Of a stretch of 64,000 nucleotides of DNA, positions 27,394 to 36,602 are shown piece by piece; positions within the stretch are counted from its first letter, which is position 1, and the number at the start of each line of letters is the position of its first letter. The translations under genes and the position numbers were made by a program. Below the pieces are notes generated by a model. That model did no database searches. It saw only the letters and a program-made list of their open reading frames with translations, and was not told where the DNA came from. Source of the DNA: an uncultured Pseudomonadota bacterium (lineage in GTDB: Bacteria > Myxococcota_A > UBA796 > SXON01); assembly GCA_903900265.1 (NCBI GenBank), contig CAIUMM010000015.1, positions 93,438 to 157,437 on the forward strand, read 5' to 3'.

Positions 27394-28047
27394 TCAGCCC
27401 TGCAGCAGCGCGCGGCCGGCTTCCGCGAGCGTTTGGCGCTCGAGGTTCGGCAAGCGCGGCAGCGTTCGCACCGGCGTGTTCGGCAGCAGCGCGCGCAGGT
27501 CTTCGAGGTTCGCCGTAGGCTCTGGACCCGCGACCAGCACGATCCCGGCGACGAGCAGGCCCTTTGCGCGCACCGCCTCGACGGTGAGCAGCGTGTGATT
27601 GAGCGCGCCTAGCTTGTCGCCGGCGACGATGAGCACCGGCCAGCCGAGCCGCTCAGCGAGCGCGCTGACGCGGAAGTCCGCGGTGATCGGCACCTCCCAG
27701 CCGCCTACGCCCTCGACGAGCGTGATGGTGCCGCGCTCTTCGCCGATCCAGTCGAGGATCGCTTCGGGGCTGAGCGCGACGCCTTCCGCGATGGCCGCGC
27801 GGTGGGGGGACGCCGGCAAGCGCAGCCGAACGCCGCCGGGCGGGACCGCGTGACCTGCGGCATACGCGAGCAGCGCTGCGTCTTCGCCGGGCTCGCCGTC
27901 GCGCACGCCCGAGGCGATCGGCTTCAGCGCGCGCACGGATCCGCCGGCCAGCCCTTCCGCGATCGCCGCAGCCAGACACGCCGTCGTCACCGACTTACCG
28001 ATGTCGGTGTCGGTGCCGGTGATGAACAGGGCGTCGCCGAGTCTCAT
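27394..28047 (-). CDS. bioD: ATP-dependent dethiobiotin synthetase
   Basis: 217 aa. The N-terminal FITGTDTDIGKSVTTACL P-loop-like motif and the length are typical of BioD. Confidence 0.9.
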   Translation of the reverse strand: MRLGDALFITGTDTDIGKSVTTACLAAAIAEGLAGGSVRALKPIASGVRDGEPGEDAALLAYAAGHAVPPGGVRLRLPASPHRAAIAEGVALSPEAILDWIGEERGTITLVEGVGGWEVPITADFRVSALAERLGWPVLIVAGDKLGALNHTLLTVEAVRAKGLLVAGIVLVAGPEPTANLEDLRALLPNTPVRTLPRLPNLERQTLAEAGRALLQG

Positions 28048-28502
28048 GCTTTGGGCTCGCTGTCGGGCTCGCTGTCGGGCTTGCTGTCTGGCTTGCTATC
28101 GGGGCGGTTGCGCGGCGCGACCACGTCCAACACCCCTTCGGCGACCTTGTACAGGCCGCCGCCGAAGTCTCGCATGCCGGTGGTCAGCACGGTCTCGCCG
28201 TCTTTGGCCTCGGGGATGTCGTTGATGTGCTCCTGGGCTTCTTGCACCGCCGCGCCGGGGTCGAAGGGATGCGCTTCAATGGCTTTGCCGGCGGCGTGCA
28301 GCCACCTCCCGACCGTGGCGCCCGCGGCGTCGATCGCGACCGCGGCGTCGGGCGAGATCGCGTCGGCCTCGCCGCTTGGGGGAGGGACCACCTTGGCGCC
28401 GAACAAGCGAGTTCCTACGCCCCACATCGTGCGCCCGATGCGGTCTACCGTCTGGCTGACATCATCGGCGACGGTGTGTTCAGGGTCTTTCGGTTTGGAC
28501 AT
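28044..28502 (-). CDS. hypothetical protein with C-terminal PDSK/PDSE repeat
   Basis: Start trimmed to MSKPKDPEH. The stop overlaps the bioD start (ATGA). A 12-bp repeat x4 (about 28053-28100) encodes PDSKPDSKPDSEPDSEP. Confidence 0.5.
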   Translation of the reverse strand: MSKPKDPEHTVADDVSQTVDRIGRTMWGVGTRLFGAKVVPPPSGEADAISPDAAVAIDAAGATVGRWLHAAGKAIEAHPFDPGAAVQEAQEHINDIPEAKDGETVLTTGMRDFGGGLYKVAEGVLDVVAPRNRPDSKPDSKPDSEPDSEPKA

Positions 28503-29289
28503 GGGCTTCCTCTTCTTCGTGGATCCACTGGAGTATCGACGCGACCTGCAGCGCAGCGATGCTGGGGTCGACCCCGGGCAGGCCTCCATAGACTCGCTCG
28601 GCCAGCGCCCGCGGGTCGGCGCGCAAGGCGGGCGTGAGCACGGCGCGCACCTGATCGGTGCGCAGCTGCCGATGCGCGAGGTACTGACGCAGCGTCGCCT
28701 CGCCGGGCAGATCGGGGCCGTGCGCCGGGTACAGGCGCTTGGCGATGGGCAGCATCCGGCGCAAGCTGTTCAAGTAGGTGCGCAGGTGACCTTCGGCCCC
28801 GGCGATGAGGATGGTGCCCACGCCCGCGACCAGATCGCCGGCGATCACGTCGCCGTTGGGCGCGGCGTAGACGAGGTGCCCGTCGGCGTGGCCGGGGGTG
28901 TAGTACGCGGTCAGGGTCTCGTGATCCCCGGACTCTCCGGTCGGGATCACGTCGCCGTCTGCGAGCGTGCCGTCCAGCGCGAACGTCAGGCAGCTGTCGG
29001 CGTGGGCCAGCACGCGGATCGGCGCCCCACCCCGGTCGGCCAGGCCCGTCCGGCGCGCGTCTCGTAGCGCGTCCCGCAGCGCGATCACCCCGCCGACGTG
29101 ATCGGCGTGGTGGTGCGTGAGCAGGATCGTGTCCACCGGCGTCGGGCTGGCCAGCACCCACTGCAAGGTGCGCGCTTGCTCGTCCTCCCACGGGGACGCG
29201 GGATCGATGACCACGCGGCCGACGCGGTAGACGTTGGTGTGCGTCGCCGGGGGCAGCGTGGGGGTGCGTACGGGAAGGACGTGGATCAC
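28480..29289 (-). CDS. MBL-fold metallo-hydrolase
   Basis: Start trimmed to GTG 29289. The ILLTHHHADHVGG zinc motif is present. Confidence 0.85.
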   Translation of the reverse strand: MIHVLPVRTPTLPPATHTNVYRVGRVVIDPASPWEDEQARTLQWVLASPTPVDTILLTHHHADHVGGVIALRDALRDARRTGLADRGGAPIRVLAHADSCLTFALDGTLADGDVIPTGESGDHETLTAYYTPGHADGHLVYAAPNGDVIAGDLVAGVGTILIAGAEGHLRTYLNSLRRMLPIAKRLYPAHGPDLPGEATLRQYLAHRQLRTDQVRAVLTPALRADPRALAERVYGGLPGVDPSIAALQVASILQWIHEEEEAHVQTERP

Positions 29290-29326
29290 GCTAGGGAGTC
29301 TAAGCACGCCCGCGCGGCGCGCCCGC

Positions 29327-30925
29327 TCAAGTCCGCCCGCTGTTCCGCGCGGTGCCCGGCGCCCTGCGCCAGCGCTGGACGACCAGCCCGAGCGCGAGCA
29401 GCGCGCCGGTCGCTTGGGCCGACGCTGATCCCGCTTCCGCTCCCGCTCCGCCGCTGCAGCCGCCACAGCTCACCGCGTCGATCGGCGTGGCTACGCCGGG
29501 CAGGTTCGCGTCCCCGCTGCTCGCTGAGTCGCCGCCGCCGTTGGGGTCCAGACAGCCGGCGGTTGCGTCACACTCCAAGCCCGCGGCTGCGCAGTCTTGC
29601 TCGGTGTACACGCCCCCTGCGCACGCGGTGAGCACGCCGGCGTCGGAGCACGCGCGTGCGTCGGGCCCGTTGGTGCAGCGTGGGTCTACGCATGCGGCGG
29701 CGCCGTCGCCCTCCCAGCACGATTGAGCGGTCGCGGTGCAGTCGCTCTCGGCGTAGACGCCCGCCGCGCAGCTTCCATACAAGCCGGAGTCGGTGCAGAA
29801 CGCGCTGTTGGGGCCGGCTTCGCAGCGGGGGTCCATGCAGGAGGCGCCGCTCGCGTCGGTGCCGCAGACCAGCCCGAAGGCCGCGCAGTCTCCTTCGGAG
29901 TACACACCGTCGTTGCAGGAAGCGGCGCGGGTCGCGTCGAGGCAGGACACGCCCGAGCCCGAGCCGCCGGGGCAGCGGTAGTCGACGCAGTACGCGGTGT
30001 TGCCGTCTTCTTCGCAGGTCGCGCCGTACGCGGCGCAGTCTCCGGACCCGAGCGATCGCCCGCCCTGACAGGTGGTGATCACCGAGCCGTCGCACCAGCG
30101 GCCGTTGGCGAGGGTGCAGGCGGGATCGATGCTGTCCGAGTAGACGATGCCGAGGTGGTTGGCGACGGTGCGCGGAGAGCCGTCGGACGGGTTGTTTTTG
30201 ACGTCGCCTTCGATGACCAAGGTGGAGCTGCCGCCGCCGTCGAGCATCGCGCCGTCCCAGCAGTCGAATTGCAGCATCATGTCGCGCGTCTCGTCGCAGG
30301 TCATGCCGGCCGCGGTGCTGGTGCGGCCATCGATGACGAACAACCACAGCGTCGTGCCATCGGCGAGCAAGCACATCGCGCTGCGCGGGTTGCGGGAGGT
30401 GTCGTAGCACCCGGACTCAGCCGCGCCGTCGGAGACGAGGATCTCGCCGTTCATGCCGATGGCTTGAAAGTAGCGGTAGGGCGCGAGCGTCGGGGTGGTG
30501 AACCACCACGCGACATCGGTGGGCTTTTCGGCGTCGATGGTGCAGTCTTTGTCGACGGTGCAGCCAAAATAGCCCCAGCGCGAGCCAAGGTCGTTGTTGG
30601 CGAGGTGGTTGTGCCACTGCACGCCGTCGGAGATCGCGAGGCCGACCGGCGTGGTCGCGTCCGACCAGTCGCCGTTGATGCCGACCAGCACATCGGCGTT
30701 GTTCGCGAACGTCGGGGTCGTGACGTGGCGCTCGTCGCCGGTGGTGGAGTTCGACGAGTGGATGCCGACGTTCGGCACGGTGAGGTCGATGCGCGTGGCG
30801 TAGATGTCCTGCCCGTCGGCCTTGCGGTGCAGGTAGTCCACGCCGTTGCGGATGTTGGTCCAGGTGTCGCCCGCGTGCGCGGTGCGCGCGGCGAGCGTGG
30901 CGAGCAGGATTCCAGAGAGCAACAT
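29327..30925 (-). CDS. phosphodiester glycosidase (DUF2233/NAGPA-like) with Cys-rich repeats and MYXO-CTERM-like tail
   Basis: The ATG overlaps the upstream TAA (TAATG at 30923-30927). Signal peptide MLLSGILLATLAARTAHA. GINGDWSD and MLDGGGSSTLV blocks are present. There are five to six C..G....C..G.Y..GDCAA.G..C modules. The tail is CGGCSGG...LLALGLVVQRWRR. Confidence 0.7.
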   Translation of the reverse strand: MLLSGILLATLAARTAHAGDTWTNIRNGVDYLHRKADGQDIYATRIDLTVPNVGIHSSNSTTGDERHVTTPTFANNADVLVGINGDWSDATTPVGLAISDGVQWHNHLANNDLGSRWGYFGCTVDKDCTIDAEKPTDVAWWFTTPTLAPYRYFQAIGMNGEILVSDGAAESGCYDTSRNPRSAMCLLADGTTLWLFVIDGRTSTAAGMTCDETRDMMLQFDCWDGAMLDGGGSSTLVIEGDVKNNPSDGSPRTVANHLGIVYSDSIDPACTLANGRWCDGSVITTCQGGRSLGSGDCAAYGATCEEDGNTAYCVDYRCPGGSGSGVSCLDATRAASCNDGVYSEGDCAAFGLVCGTDASGASCMDPRCEAGPNSAFCTDSGLYGSCAAGVYAESDCTATAQSCWEGDGAAACVDPRCTNGPDARACSDAGVLTACAGGVYTEQDCAAAGLECDATAGCLDPNGGGDSASSGDANLPGVATPIDAVSCGGCSGGAGAEAGSASAQATGALLALGLVVQRWRRAPGTARNSGRT

Positions 30926-33900
30926 TACGAAGGCGACCCGTTTGCGCGGCGGCGACGAACCAGCGCCAGCGCGCCGATCATCCACGCTGCGCCGACCACG
31001 CTGGCGGGCGCGTCGGCCGTGGAGCAGCCACAGCCTCCGCCGCCCGCGGTCGTGCCGGTGTCATCGTCGACGTTGGGCACGTTGTCGCTGCTGTCCCCGG
31101 TATCGCCGCCGGTGTCGCCGCCGGTGTCGCCGCTGTCGCAGAGTCCGATGGCCGCGTCGGTGTCGTCACAGTCGTCTTCGACGCCGTAGCCGTCGCCGTC
31201 TTGATCCTGATCATTGCCGTCGCAGTTCTGATCGACGCCGTCGTACCAGGTCTCGGCCGCGTCGGGGTTGACCGAGGCGTCGTCGTCGTTGCAGTCATCG
31301 CCGCCGACCTCGGCGCTGTAGTCGGCGCTCGCGTGGCCGTCGGCGTCGGCGTCGTAGTCGTTGGCGCCGTCGCAGTCGCTGTCGATGCCGTCGTACCAAG
31401 CGTCGGCTGCGCCGGGGTTGACGTCGGAGTTGGCGTCGTCGCAGTCATCGCCGCCGACCTCGGTCGCGTAGTAGCCGTCTGCGTCGGCGTCGCCTTCGTG
31501 CGCGTTGTTGCAGTCGGTGATGCGGCCGTCGTAGGGGTCATCGGGGGCGCCGGGGTACACCGCGCTGTCGCTGTCGTCGCAGTCGTCCCCGCCGTAGGTA
31601 GCCGAGTTGTAGCCATCGCCGTCGGCGTCCAGATCGTTGCCATCGCAGTCCTGATCGACGCCGTCGTACCATACCTCCGGGGTGGCCGGGTTGATCGCTG
31701 CGTTGGTGTCGTCGCAGTCGTCACCGCCGTACGCAGACGACGTGTAGCCGTCGCCGTCGGCGTCGTAGTCGTTGGCGCCGTCGCAGTCGCTGTCCACGCC
31801 GTCGTAATCGCTGTCGGCCGCGCCCGGGTAGACGGCGGCGCTGGTGTCGTCGCAGTCGGCTCCGCCCGCGGCCACCGCGGCGTAGCCATCGCCGTCGACG
31901 TCGGTCACGTCGAGGCCGTCGCAGTCTTGATCGATGCCGTCGTACGGGACCTCGGTGGCGCCGGGGTACACGCTGGCGTCGGTGTCGTCGCAGTCGGTGC
32001 TCTCGTAGTAGCCGTCGGAGTCGGCGTCGGTCAGGATCGCCAGCGGACCGCCGAACGCGCCGATGTCCGAGGTGGTGCCGTCCGGGTCGACGATCGAGGG
32101 ATCGCCCGCGTCGATGAGCGTGCTCGCGGCGTCGAGGGTCAGATCGTCGTTGTCGCAGTCGCCGTCGAGGCTGTAGTCGGCCAGCAGCGGGTCCGCGGTG
32201 AGGTTGCCGCGCCCGGTGATCGACGCCGCGGTCAGGTAGCCGCCGGTGTCGGCGCTGGTGTTGCTGTACCAGTCGTTGTAGCGCAGCGACGCGTAGGTGG
32301 ATTCGTAGCCGGAGCCGTCGTAGATCGCCGTTCCCGACCCGGTCCAAGCAAAGATGTTGTTGGTGTAATCGACGTAAGCGCCGCCGAGGTACACGCCGCC
32401 GCCGTAAGTGGCGCTGTTGCCGATCACCGTGTTGTTGGTGAAGTCGGTGTAGTACTCGTAGTAGTGGAGCAGCGCGCCGCCGTAGGTCGCGGTGTTCTCC
32501 TCGAACACGTTGTTGCTCCAGTCGTCCGACATGCCGAGGTTGGAGTAGCTGTAGACGCCGCCGCCGTAGACCGCGGAGTTCCCGCAGAAGTGGTTGTTGG
32601 TGACCGACCGGGTGTTGTTGTAGTAGGTGTACATCGCGCCGCCGGCCGAGCTGGCGGTGTTGTCTTCGAAGTGGTTTCGGTCGAGGGCGACCGAGTCGAA
32701 GTAGTACGCGCCGAGGCCCCCAGCCGACACGGCGGTGTTGTCGGAGAACGTCGAGCTGGTCAGCGAGAACGTGCTGGTGCCGCCGTAGGTGCCCATCGCG
32801 ATGAAGCCGCCGCCGGTGCCCAACGTGGACGTGTTGCCCGCGAAGGTCGTGCTGTCGACGGTGGTGTCGGTGGCGTAGTACGCGTAGGCGCCGCCGCCGT
32901 CGTAGTACGCGGTGTTGTCGGTGAACACGCTGTCGTTGATCGCCGCGCCGGTGTTGTAATAGTAGTACAAACCGCCGCCGTAGCCGGCGGTGGCGCTGTT
33001 GCCGTCAAAGGTGACGGCGTTGAGCGCGAGCGTGTCGCCCAACGACGACACGTAGATGCCGCCGCCGCTGTAGTAGCTGGCGTTGTCGATGAACGAAGTG
33101 TCGGTGAACGACGCGGTGCCCGTCGAAGACAGGTAGGCTCCGCCCCCGGAGTACAAGCCGGTGTTGCCGGAGAACCGCGTGCCGCTGACGGTGAGGTCGA
33201 AGTTGTCGTAGGCGTAGATTCCGCCGCCATAGTAGTAGGCGTAGTTGCCTTCGAAGATGGAGTCTTCTACCGACAGTTCGCCGCGCGAATAGTCGGTGAT
33301 CGTGCCGTAGTAGCTGATGGTGCCGGTGAACGTGGTGTTGGTGATCACCGCGTCGGCGTGGTCGTACAGGCCGAGCGCGCCGCCGTAGAAGCCGACGTTC
33401 GACGTGAACGTGGCGCCGTCGATGACCCCGCTGGAGTTGTTGGTGAGCAAGACCGCGCCCCAGTACCCGGAGCTCCAGTAGACAGCGGCGTTTCCAGAGA
33501 AGGTGCCGCCCGAGATGGTGACGTCGGCGCCGGTGGCGTAGAGCGCAGCCCCGCTGGTGTAGTAGCCGGAGTTGTCAGTGAAGTCGGTGTCGGTGAACGT
33601 GCCGCTGGTCGAAGATTGCAGCGACACGCCGCCGGTGTAGTACGTGAACGTAGATCGCACGGTGGAGTCGCTGACGTCGAGCGTGCCGTCGGCCACGTAG
33701 ATGGCGCCGCCATAGTAGGCCCAGCCGCCGTCAAAATCGCAGTTCGTGAACACCGGCTCGGCGCCGCCGTCGACGTAGACGTGGCCGCCTTGATAGCCGT
33801 AGTTGTCCGAGAAGTTGACCGTGTCGAAGGTCGGCGCGCCGCCGTCTATCGAAACGCCGCCGCCGTACACGTAGCCGTACACATAGGAGGTGCTGCCGGA

Positions 33901-34293
33901 GTCGGTGATGCTGAGGTTGCTGAACGTCGGGCTGCTGTTCTCGGTCTGGATCGCGTGGCCGCCGGAATTGCGCACGGTAAAGCCGGACAGCGCTGCGCTG
34001 CTGGACTCGCCGGAGTCCAAGGTCACCGCGCTGGTGGCCCCATCGCCGTCGATGATCGTGACCGCCGCGCCGCCGGTGGAGGAGATGTCGAGGTTCTTGC
34101 CCTTGTAGTCGACGGTCTCTTTGTAGGTGGCGGGCAGCACCGAGATCGAGTCGCCGCTGCTCGCGGCGTTGATCGCGGCTTGGATGGTCGTGTAGTCGCC
34201 GGATCCGTAGCGATCGACGGTCCAAGAGGCCGCGAAGGCCGGGGTAGCGATTCCGCCGAGGGCGAGGACGATCAACAACCGATGTGCGCGCAT
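30925..34293 (-). CDS. giant secreted right-handed beta-helix protein (PMP-type GGAxY/FxxN repeats) with MopE-like acidic repeats and MYXO-CTERM tail
   Basis: Start trimmed to MRAHRLLIVLALGGIATPAFA. It has dozens of about 20-25-aa repeats containing GGA(I/L)Y, GGGIY and F.DN.. . Six and a half DGDGY..DCDD...PGA.E..YDG.DQDCDG repeats follow. It ends GGGGCGCSTA...GALALVRRRR. Confidence 0.85.
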   Translation of the reverse strand: MRAHRLLIVLALGGIATPAFAASWTVDRYGSGDYTTIQAAINAASSGDSISVLPATYKETVDYKGKNLDISSTGGAAVTIIDGDGATSAVTLDSGESSSAALSGFTVRNSGGHAIQTENSSPTFSNLSITDSGSTSYVYGYVYGGGVSIDGGAPTFDTVNFSDNYGYQGGHVYVDGGAEPVFTNCDFDGGWAYYGGAIYVADGTLDVSDSTVRSTFTYYTGGVSLQSSTSGTFTDTDFTDNSGYYTSGAALYATGADVTISGGTFSGNAAVYWSSGYWGAVLLTNNSSGVIDGATFTSNVGFYGGALGLYDHADAVITNTTFTGTISYYGTITDYSRGELSVEDSIFEGNYAYYYGGGIYAYDNFDLTVSGTRFSGNTGLYSGGGAYLSSTGTASFTDTSFIDNASYYSGGGIYVSSLGDTLALNAVTFDGNSATAGYGGGLYYYYNTGAAINDSVFTDNTAYYDGGGAYAYYATDTTVDSTTFAGNTSTLGTGGGFIAMGTYGGTSTFSLTSSTFSDNTAVSAGGLGAYYFDSVALDRNHFEDNTASSAGGAMYTYYNNTRSVTNNHFCGNSAVYGGGVYSYSNLGMSDDWSNNVFEENTATYGGALLHYYEYYTDFTNNTVIGNSATYGGGVYLGGAYVDYTNNIFAWTGSGTAIYDGSGYESTYASLRYNDWYSNTSADTGGYLTAASITGRGNLTADPLLADYSLDGDCDNDDLTLDAASTLIDAGDPSIVDPDGTTSDIGAFGGPLAILTDADSDGYYESTDCDDTDASVYPGATEVPYDGIDQDCDGLDVTDVDGDGYAAVAAGGADCDDTSAAVYPGAADSDYDGVDSDCDGANDYDADGDGYTSSAYGGDDCDDTNAAINPATPEVWYDGVDQDCDGNDLDADGDGYNSATYGGDDCDDSDSAVYPGAPDDPYDGRITDCNNAHEGDADADGYYATEVGGDDCDDANSDVNPGAADAWYDGIDSDCDGANDYDADADGHASADYSAEVGGDDCNDDDASVNPDAAETWYDGVDQNCDGNDQDQDGDGYGVEDDCDDTDAAIGLCDSGDTGGDTGGDTGDSSDNVPNVDDDTGTTAGGGGCGCSTADAPASVVGAAWMIGALALVRRRRANGSPS
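31138..32028 (-). repeat. about 138-bp coding tandem repeats (6.5 units) encoding MopE-like putative metal-binding motifs
   Basis: Repeat units of 44-49 aa were counted from the protein sequence. The first unit starts at GACGCCGACTCCGACGGC (minus strand, 32028). Confidence 0.85.
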
Positions 34294-34423
34294 ATAGAGC
34301 TCCGAGTCGCGGTGAGTATGCGTCATTCCGGCGGGGAGATCAAGGGGTTTGGGGGCGAGACGTGGGGGGCGCTACACCAGCGGCTACACCATGAAGCAAG
34401 CCCCCTTGTGCTACCGTCTGCCG

Positions 34424-35743
34424 ATGCGTCCTTCCATTCCGTGGATTGTCGTCGGTGTAGGCGCGCTGGTCGGGCTTTGGCTAGCCTGGCCGGAAGCCGA
34501 GCCTGCCCCGGCGCAGGTCAGGATTGTGCCGCCCTCGGCGGTCGCGCCGCCGGATGTGCCCGCGACCGAGGCGTTCCTCGAAGCCGCAGCGCTGTCGGCG
34601 AGCGTGCCAGATCGGGATCGCACGCGGGAGGCCTTAGCGCGTGCGTTGCTTCCCAAGGGCCCGCCTCCCGACGATGCGCGGGAGGCCTGGAAGCCCTTTG
34701 CCGAGGCTATCGCCGCGATCGAGGCGGTGGTGGCGCGGCCCGGGCTGACGATTCCGGACGAAGATCCTGACGCCACGTCGCTGCCGGTCATCGACGTGCA
34801 GCGGGTCATCTTCGCGCTGTTGGTGCGCGGTTGGGATCGGGCGCTCTCCGGGCAGCCTGAGGACGGCGTCGCCGACATGCTGCACGCCTACGCCTTCGCG
34901 GTGCGCATCGTGGATGCGGGGGAGAGTTTGCTGGATGTCGCGGTCGGCGTGGGGTTGCAAGGGGCGTCGTTGCGGGAGTTGGGCGAGCTGCTGGACGCGA
35001 CGGGGCCCGCGTCGGGGCCCGCGTCGGGGCCCACGTCGGCGCCCGCCTTGGCAGGCTCGCCCCCACATCGCGCCGCCCTCGCCGGCTTGCTGAAGTACCG
35101 GGCGCGCGGATCCGCGACGGCGCGGGTGGTGCCGCACGACTGCGCTGCGTTCAAGCTTCAGACCGCCAAGGATATGGCGGAGCCAGGGGCGATGCTCCGC
35201 TACACGCAGCTGGAAGAGGTGGTCAATAATCTGGGTGTCTCGCCCACCGTCGCGAACGCGGTCGTGTCTACGGCGGTCTACGATCCGGTGGAGACCCGCG
35301 CGCAGATCGACGCCGCCTGCCTCGCCGCGATGATGCGGCTCGCCGAAGGCCGTCCGCCGGTCCCCGATGTCAAGACCCCGCCGCCCGCCGCGCCGGTAGG
35401 GCCTGAGCTGGTGCTGGAGCTCTTCGACAACCCGGCCGGCCACGCTGCGGCGCGGGACACGGACCGGACGTTCCTGACCGTCGGGGCGCGCGAAGCCTCG
35501 ATCTTGGCCGCGCGCGAGGTGCTGACCACCGTGGTCGCGGCGCGGTTGTACCTGTGGGCGAGCGGCAACGCGCCTACGCGGGTGGCCGATCTGGTGCCGG
35601 CGTGGCTCCCGACCGAGCCGGTCGATCCCTACCGCCCCGAAGGTCTACGCATCGTCGATGGCCTTGTGCGCTCAGCCGGGCAGGATGTGCCCGATCGGCC
35701 GCGCGCCGACACCGATCCCCGGCTGGCGATCGCGATTCAGTAG
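34424..35743 (+). CDS. hypothetical N-terminally anchored protein
   Basis: Start trimmed to MRPSIPWIVVGVGALVGLWLAW. Contains a GPASGPASGPTS micro-repeat. No family recognised. Confidence 0.5.
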   Translation: MRPSIPWIVVGVGALVGLWLAWPEAEPAPAQVRIVPPSAVAPPDVPATEAFLEAAALSASVPDRDRTREALARALLPKGPPPDDAREAWKPFAEAIAAIEAVVARPGLTIPDEDPDATSLPVIDVQRVIFALLVRGWDRALSGQPEDGVADMLHAYAFAVRIVDAGESLLDVAVGVGLQGASLRELGELLDATGPASGPASGPTSAPALAGSPPHRAALAGLLKYRARGSATARVVPHDCAAFKLQTAKDMAEPGAMLRYTQLEEVVNNLGVSPTVANAVVSTAVYDPVETRAQIDAACLAAMMRLAEGRPPVPDVKTPPPAAPVGPELVLELFDNPAGHAAARDTDRTFLTVGAREASILAAREVLTTVVAARLYLWASGNAPTRVADLVPAWLPTEPVDPYRPEGLRIVDGLVRSAGQDVPDRPRADTDPRLAIAIQ

Positions 35744-35764
35744 GGGGCGATCTCTGTTCCTCGC

Positions 35765-36436
35765 CTAGTTCTGCACCCACTCGACCTTGCCGGTGTCGAG
35801 GTCGTAGCGGGCTCCAAGCAGGGTCACTTTGCCTTGGTGCTCCAGCTCGGTGAGGATCGCGCTGTTGGCCCGGAGCGCGGCGATCTGGGCGTTGATGTTG
35901 GCCCGCACCGCGGCGTCGAGGTCGGCAGCGCCCGCGATGCCGGGGCGGATCAGGCCGAGCAGCGTGTCGAGGTTGGGGCCCAGCGAGCCGGCGCCTTGCG
36001 CGGCTTTGACCGCGCCGCAGCTCTCGTGACCGAGCACGACGACCACCTGCGATCCAAGGTGCTCCGACGCGTATTCGACCGAGCCGATGGTGCTGGGCTC
36101 GGCGACGTTTCCGGCCACGCGCACGGTGAACAGGTCCCCGGTTCCGGTCTGGAACAGCACCTCGGGCGGCACGCGCGAGTCCGCGCAGCCGAGCACGGTG
36201 CACCAGGGATGTTGGCCCCCGGCCAGCTCGGTTCGGTGCTTGGCTGAGATGTCGACCTTCACAGCTTTGCCTTTCACGAACGCTGCGTTTCCAGCTTCAA
36301 GCCGGGAGATGACCTCGGCCTTGCCGGGCCCTGCGGGCACGGTCTCGGCGTGGACGGCGGGGGCTTCGGCATGGAGGGATGGGACGAGGAAGAGGCCGAT
36401 GAAGAAGCTGAGGAACGAGGGAAGCAGCGTGCGCAC
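35765..36436 (-). CDS. beta-class carbonic anhydrase (exported)
   Basis: GTG 36436 is preceded by GGAG with a 6-nt spacer. Signal-like VRTLLPSFLSFFIGLFLVPSLHA. CADSRVPPE and LGHESCGAV are the zinc-ligand motifs. Confidence 0.9.
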   Translation of the reverse strand: MRTLLPSFLSFFIGLFLVPSLHAEAPAVHAETVPAGPGKAEVISRLEAGNAAFVKGKAVKVDISAKHRTELAGGQHPWCTVLGCADSRVPPEVLFQTGTGDLFTVRVAGNVAEPSTIGSVEYASEHLGSQVVVVLGHESCGAVKAAQGAGSLGPNLDTLLGLIRPGIAGAADLDAAVRANINAQIAALRANSAILTELEHQGKVTLLGARYDLDTGKVEWVQN

Positions 36437-36602
36437 GAGAGGCTCCTGTAGAGGGTCCGCGAAGGGTATCGTGCCGCTGATCACACCGCCGCTGCGCTCC
36501 GGTCGGTCGTTACGGGATCGTGGCCGCCGGCTCGGGGAGCAGTACGGCGGAATCTATGCGCGTCGGTGACGCCGTGGGGAGATGGGGATACAGCATCCCA
36601 AT

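Noticed and set aside
31201-34770. 1189-aa plus-strand ORF, the longest in the window.
   Set aside because: It is antisense to the beta-helix repeat gene and even runs across the next gene boundary. Its composition is almost only V/A/G/R/D, mirroring the sense-strand repeats. It has no start-site signals.
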